Source: Podarcis muralis
Lineage: Eukaryota
Length of the DNA: 64,000 nucleotides
Assembly (NCBI RefSeq): GCF_964188315.1
Contig: NC_135661.1
Coordinates: 60,140,001-60,204,000, forward strand
Reading direction: 5' to 3'
The notes below the pieces were generated by a model that saw nothing but the letters and a program-made list of their open reading frames with translations, was not told the DNA's origin and searched no databases. Shown one piece after another: positions 57,808 to 64,000 of this stretch (position 1 is the first letter of the stretch; every line of letters starts with the position of its first letter). The position numbers and the translations under genes are program-made.

Positions 57808-58169
57808 GGGTGGATCCAGAATTGGCCTCCACAGTCATTTACAGACTCATTGTTAAAACCGTGTTTATGGAAGACAATCTTGCTTGGCTATGAGTGATCG
57901 CCAAAGGAGAAGGAGAAGAAGAAAGAAGAAGAGATGGACCAATTGCCTGACTTGGTATAACTCAGTTTTCTTTTTTCACTGCTTCAGTTGTAATATTCTG
58001 AAAATAACTGACAATTCAGGACTCTGACACTTACTTACAGCACTGACCTCCCACCATTTTTCCTTTGGAAGGAGAATATATTACATCATTCATGGGAGCA
58101 GTTGATAAATTCTGCAAAACCTGGATTTTCAGTTGTCATTATACACCATCAATTAAAAGCACATTTCCT

Positions 58170-58265
58170 TCCCCCCAAAGAATCCTGGGAAATGTAGTCT
58201 ACCCCTCACAGATCTGCAATTCCTAGCACCCTTAAGAAAACTAAAGTTCCCAGGATTCTTGGGGC
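58170..58265. mobile_element. Palindromic MITE core
   Basis: ccaaagaatcctgggaaatgtagt ... actaaagttcccaggattcttgg inverted arms. Confidence 0.6.
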
Positions 58266-58714
58266 GGGTGTGTTTTGAATACACACAGCTTACATTTTGT
58301 GAGCATGTCATTGACGATCTCATTGCAGACTGCATAGGAGGGACTCCAGCCCCCACTTTCATAATACTGAAATTTGGGGTATACCAATTATGATCCTGGT
58401 GGCTTATTTAGGGCAGTCAAAATGAAGGTTTGTTTGTTTGTTTTCTGCCCTTCACCCTAAGGTTGCTCACAGCTGCAAAATTAAGTGATACTCTTCGCGT
58501 TTAGGTGATTTAGAAAAGGATTGATTCACCAGTAGTTCTTTGCTATGATAGCTAAATGAAAGATCCACGCTCAGAGTTGGCATATAACTAAATTCTAGAA
58601 GCTCATTTTCATGCCCTGTTCCTGGAAACAGAATGCTGGAGGGCATGGGCAGGATTCTAACGATGGTATGAGGAATGCATATCAAGCCGACCTTAACAGT
58701 GACCAACGCCAGAT

Positions 58715-58894
58715 CACAGTGGCAAAGCACCTGCCTTGTACCCAGAAGGCAGGGTTCAGTCTCTGGGTTCAGTCTCTACAGAGGGCTGGGAATGCCTCCT
58801 GCCTGAAACACTGGAGGGCTGCTGCCAGTCAGTTCAGGCAGCACTGCACCAGATGGGCCAATGCTCAGAGTCAGTATAAGGCAGTTTCCTGTGC
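58715..58894 (+). mobile_element. Squam2-type SINE (degraded)
   Basis: cagtggcaaagcacctgccttgtacccagaagg...cctgcctgaaacactggagggctgctgccagtcag...cagtataaggcagtttcct. Confidence 0.72.
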
Positions 58895-59669
58895 CCAGGC
58901 TCCATTAGGATCAAGAATTCCCAGCACATTTAATCAGGTGCCATTGCATGGTCAGTGCAGGGGGAGGGGCTTTTTCCTTCGCTTAGGCTCCCCTGAATCT
59001 CCTTAGCAGCTGTGCTAGTGCCAAGAGCTTTCCCTTTTGAGCTGTGGTCCAGAATCTCCTATCACCCGCCATGCCATTTCTGTTCACTATTCCTGATCCA
59101 AACATGTTACTTCTGCATTGTCTGTTTTGTGATGAACAAGGTTTTCTCTTTCTGACACTGGTTATTAGACTTCTATTTATATTTAATTTATTTGATTTGC
59201 ATGACATAACTGAACAGCGATTGCAAAAGGGGAGGTGATGTCTGACCTACCTTAGCTGCATAACTTAATCTCACCCTTAGTCTCTCTTGTGCAGTGAGCC
59301 GGTGGAGAAAGGAATTATTTTTAGAAAGGGGAGTGTTCAGGTATGTTTCAGAATGAGCAAACATTTGTTCTTTCTCATATTTCTGGTGGTAAGTGGGTGG
59401 GTGGGGGCCCAGAACAACTAGCTTCCTTTTCTAACTTCTAAAATGCTTTATGAAGTGTAACATCCGTCTCCAATCCACCCTAAGCGCACCAGCAACAGGA
59501 AACCATATACATAGGCAACCTTCTTTGCACACTATGAATATGGGTGCAATTGTCTCAGCACCATCACCATCATGACATCCATCCTGGACCTGCTAAAGTG
59601 GGTGGCTATGTCTTTTGATGGAGACCCACGGGGATGCCTGAATGCTTTATTTTCATTTCAAGTCAGTTT

Positions 59670-59900
59670 CATATTCGTTTAACAAAATTTCTGTGATGCT
59701 TGATTGTAATAAAACCTCTAGGTGGTTTACAAGAAATATTAAAACTCATCAATAGAAAACAACAAGTAATGAATAGCATTTAAAAGACGATTAAAGTTAA
59801 CAAGAAAAGATTAAAACACATCAACGTCTACATGCCTGGATAGGCTTGCCTAAATGAGCAGGTATTGAAAAGTGTATAGCAAAGGCATGAGATGCTTTGT
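59670..59900 (-). mobile_element. Possible old L2 3' remnant
   Basis: aaacctctaggtggtttaca and an A-rich UTR-like tract followed by catgcctggataggcttgcctaaa. Strongly decayed. Confidence 0.4.
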
Positions 59901-60064
59901 AGGAAGTACTTCATCAATGAAAACAACAACAATGTCTCTAGAAGGTCTGGTGCCTGGTGGACCCATTCCTAACCCTCTCTACCTCAGAATGTTGTGGCTC
60001 GGGACAGTGCTGTTAATCCATGCCACCAGAAAGGAGGGCATACCTCACCCCCCCGACCATCTTT

Positions 60065-60235
60065 CACTATCCTTAGGCGAATATCCTGACAGTAATCTCA
60101 ATTTTCCTGGTCCTTGATCTCAACTGCAGTTCTATAATTTTCACCACCATCCTTTCAGTTTTTTTCTGGTGCTTTAATTCTATCTCCATAGTGTTTTCTG
60201 CCATCGAAGCAACATCAGGCACCTTTGAGAATAAT
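60065..60235 (-). mobile_element. Possible degraded L1 ORF1 fragment
   Basis: ...IELKHQKKTERMVVKIIELQLRSRTRKIEITVRI resembles the coiled-coil end and 'LE.RSRR.N.RI' junction of L1 ORF1p. Confidence 0.4.
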
Positions 60236-62221
60236 TTTTGCAGCCTATCCTGTGTGCAATGCAGATGCTCTATCACTGAGCTATGGCCCCTCTCTAAATA
60301 CCAAATATCACTGAGAAGACAGTCCCTGTCCTCAGACTCACAATCAAAGAGGCATGGCACAAAAGGAAAGGGGAGGAGGAAAAAAAGCAAGATTAGGCAC
60401 TAGTTCTTTTTTAAACAGATCATGTAGTGAGCAGCAGGGGAGTAATTTGGGAGAGGATGGAAAGTTGGTGGTCTCTCAGCAGAGTGGAAGGAGAGGCCCT
60501 GCAGTATCCATCTAAACATGCAGATAACTGGGTGTTCTGATATTGATAAAAGGGAGCGTTTTATTTACATTAGATGATGCCAGCCTGAGGCTGTACAGAT
60601 TTTAATAATTAGACGTTTCAGACACCTGCAGTTTGGACAAGTGTGTGCATGTGTGAGAGAGCATGTTCTGTATTGTAGTACGTTATACAGCAAACCTAAT
60701 TCCAAGGAGTTGTGAGTGGTGGGGGCAAGGGGAGGGGGTGACATTATCCAAGCTAATTTTGCAGCATGTTCAGGTCTGAATTGAATCTCTGTTCCAGCCT
60801 CCCACGTTCCAGCTGGAAGCTTTGAAAGCAGCATAGCAAGGTGGAGTGTAAATGCAACGAGGCCCAGAGACAGAGAGAGGGAGAGAGAGCCAGACAGGAA
60901 ATGTGTGTGCTGAGAAATTGAATTTTTATCTGTTTCTATGTAGATTGCGTTTATTCATGTGCCAGCTATTCATCTCCGCCTGCATCACCTGATTTCTCTT
61001 TACAAAATGACTTTCCTCCCTTGCCCTAATTTTGTTTGTACAGATAGCAGCTGCTTTCTCCCATTTCAGCATTTTAAAAAAGCCACCTTAAATGATGTGC
61101 TATATATCCCTGTTAGAAGTTTTAGTGGCTGCCCGACACACATTAGCTGCTTGCTCCAGCCAGGCTGATTTTCCATCACAAAGAGAGAAATGTTTTTGCT
61201 TGCCCTTGCAGATAAGGGTTCTGTTGCTTTAGCCATTGAAGGCAAACTGGGGGTGGTGATCCCGCCGGGTGCATAGTAGGAGGCTCAGAGAACGAGAATA
61301 CCTTGGGCATCCTTGCCTCTTTTCCTGCCCTGCCACCAATTCTGCCATTAAAGGGCCTGGTGGGGCAGCCAGTTGGATTCCACTATGGGCACACCAGAGA
61401 ATCAGAGAGGACAAAAGAGCTGGACCTTCATCCAGCAAAAGTCAGCAACTGCCATGCAGTTGTCCTGCATTAATGCAAGTGCCACCTTACCCATCACCCA
61501 ATCTTCTGTGGTCACCCAGGCGCCTCATCCTGAGATGCCAAGTTCAGGAAAAAATCCCAGGAGAGCCAGAATGAAACTGAAGGGGAGATCAGGAGGCCTC
61601 ATTACAAGCTGAAATTGGTAATCTCCGAAGGTGGCGAGAGGCTGCTGCCTTTGTGCTGTCAGTTTTGAGGCCCAAGCATCAAAGAAGACGGGCACCAGAG
61701 GAGGTGGGAGGAGAAGGAACAGCCAGCGTTGCAAGGCCCCCCGAGGCCATGTGTGTGCCTGGCAGAGATGGAGAGTGGGGCTTTGTTGGGGCTGTTGCTG
61801 TTGCCGCCTGCCTCTCTCCCCTGGTAGTGCCTGGCTCCTTGCAGGCAACCTGTTGTCTCTGAAGTGATCCATGGGGGGAAAGGATGAGCGGAAGAAGAAA
61901 GGGACATAAATGACAGTGGTAATAAAAGATGACAAATGGAGAGAGCGAAGAATTGGAGGGCTCCAGTGGGGTTTGTATCTGCACAGAACTGCCAGGAGCA
62001 GATATGTCATAGTGTGCACGGTGGGGGGGGGGGATGCTGAGGTGTGAGAGAGTGAGATTGAGAGAGCAAAATGTGTGTGTATGGAGGAGACCCTTCTCAG
62101 TCTCTATCAGTTAAATCTATCAGGCTTTGCCACTTGTTTGAGGGGATCAAGGCAACCTGAGCTTCACCTAGTCAACCATGATCTGGTTGAAAGCAAAGAG
62201 CAAAATATATTCCAGACACAG

Positions 62222-62387
62222 AGGAAGCCTGAAATCCTGGGTCTGCCTAGTTCAGTAGTGTCCACACTGACTGGCAGTGGCTCACCAAAATTTCAGGCAG
62301 GGACATTCTTACCTGGAGATGCCTGGGATTGAACCTGGGACCTTCTCGATGCAAAGCAGATGTTTTGCCACTGAACTACTGCCATCC
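62222..62387 (-). mobile_element. Squam2-type SINE
   Basis: ctagttcagtagtgtccacactgactggcagtggctc...tttcaggcaggg...cctggagatgcctgggattgaacctgggaccttc...gcaaagcagatg...ccactgaactac. Confidence 0.78.
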
Positions 62388-64000
62388 TGCAACTTGCTAT
62401 TTCAGATATACTGTCCCTCCCCTGATTGGGGCCAGGTGGGAGACCCCGGACCTCCCAATACCACTCCTTCTCCAGTCAGTTTGCAAAGCAATTCACAGAA
62501 ATGGAGTATTGTACATAAGAATCAGGCAACCACAGCTAGTGGTGGATTTGAGTACAGATTTTATCTATGAGCATGTGTATAAACCTACTTTGTCCCTCTC
62601 GCTTGCAGAAACTAGCCACTAGCCTCCCATTCTTGCAAGCCTGCAGTTCATATAAGTGCTTTTGCGTAAGCATAATTACAACCAAGAGAAACAAACGAAA
62701 AATAATAATGAAAGAAATGGTTGTCATTGAGCTCCTGCAGGCTTTTATTTGCCATGCTATTTTAAAAAAGGACACTAATTTCAGAATGGCATATTACACT
62801 CAGTATGGTCGCATCTTACACAGCAGTTTGGTTCCAAGGCTTCTGCATATACAGACTTGAACCTCTCCCTTGTGAGCATCTGGAGCCATTGCACTGAACA
62901 GGCCTTGCCCACTAAGCAAGGCAGAGAGCTTAAAAGCTCTTTCTGCCTTCGCTGCCTTGGTTATTAGAAGCTCTTTTCATGCCAGGAAAATGCTGTGGGC
63001 ATTTAATTTGCACCATTTCAACTGGACAGACTTCAACCGCGAAAGGTTGAAATCACGCAAGTTAAATGTAGGTAAGATGCAGCCATACTGTATTGTTACG
63101 ATTATCCTCTTCCAGATCTGTTATGGGTAGGTGCCTAAACACTGATTTTGGAGTCTAAAATATTTTTCCCCATCTGTAGACCCTTCCTGCTTGCAACCCT
63201 GTGTTGTAAGGGTGAGAAGAAGGTAGATCCAGATCTACTAGCAGATTTCTATGGGAGCTCTGGTAGATCACCATGGATTTCTGCCTCCCACTTGTTTAAT
63301 GATAGTGACAACTCTTCTCCCTAAATTAGACTGCTCAGAGAAAGAAAACTTGTTGGAGGAGAGCAGGAATAGATTTTTGTGTGTAAGGACTGTGAGCTCA
63401 GTTCTGGTACTGAAAACTAATTCCTGGTCTGAGATGCACTTAGATGAGATGTCTGGTTCTTTTATTCTAAGCACATGCCTTCCATCACCCCCTCCACTAT
63501 GTTACACTTGGCTGCAGCTGGTGGGAAACCGGTGAGAGGGGGTACTAAATAAGTCCTACAAGCTTGAAGCCTGCCCACCTCCATGGCTCTACTGCCAGTT
63601 GTGCGGGAGTTATTTTAGGTACACCAGTGGAATAAGCTTCTGGATTGTTTTATAAACTTGCTTTAAAAAGTGCTGTGCTGAAACCAATTTCTTCAAAGTT
63701 TTCTTCCCCACCAAAGGAGGCTTACATTTTTCTTCCTCATTCTCAGGATGCTTTAGAATTTCTTTAGGATTTCAGTGGCTGCAGCATTTGGCTCCCCTTA
63801 TTGTTGCAAGTTGCCCGAGGCTGGTGGGTGTGCTTTTCTTTCCATTAAACATGTTCTACTTTAGAAGGCTTCAGTGCTCAGCCGTTTACCTAGCTGGCCA
63901 CACCTTTTCAGCTAGAAAAGGCCCAGGAGAGAAGTTATCTCATGACATCTTCCCCAGGGCTTTAACTGAAATGCAGAAAGATGGGTTGGCTTTAGGTAGA

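Noticed and set aside
1-64000. Prokaryotic or phage systems (CRISPR array, operons, defence islands, retrons)
   Set aside because: The sequence is vertebrate repeat-rich DNA. No repeat-spacer array exists; the tandem repeats are microsatellites or 2-3-unit duplications. All RT motifs belong to CR1 or L2 LINEs.

Overview
This is non-coding vertebrate DNA from a squamate reptile, very probably a lacertid lizard (Podarcis/Lacerta/Zootoca type). The inference rests on the SINE set: Sauria/Squam1, Squam2-type, Squam3-type with a CTT tail, and a POMSINE-like element. I recognise no host protein-coding gene, rRNA, genuine tRNA gene or CRISPR array. The window reads as a large intron or gene desert, densely layered with transposable elements. 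LINEs include CR1, a near full-length L2, two different L1 families and RTE-BovB. There are also tRNA-derived SINEs, hAT, Tigger and Tc2 MITEs, a solo LTR and microsatellites. Motif-rich unique stretches between them may be enhancers. The long ORFs I could assign are LINE ORF2 remnants. The most interesting object is a very recent Penelope-like insertion (46886-47179) inside a Squam3 SINE. It is a perfect 97-bp inverted repeat carrying a minimal, dimer-type hammerhead ribozyme motif on each strand. That class of biology is known; this locus's arrangement is what merits testing. I found no clearly new biological system. All family names come from recognising sequence by eye, not from a database search. 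Boundaries of old, degraded repeats are approximate (tens of bp); TSD-bounded elements are base-exact as far as manual counting allows.
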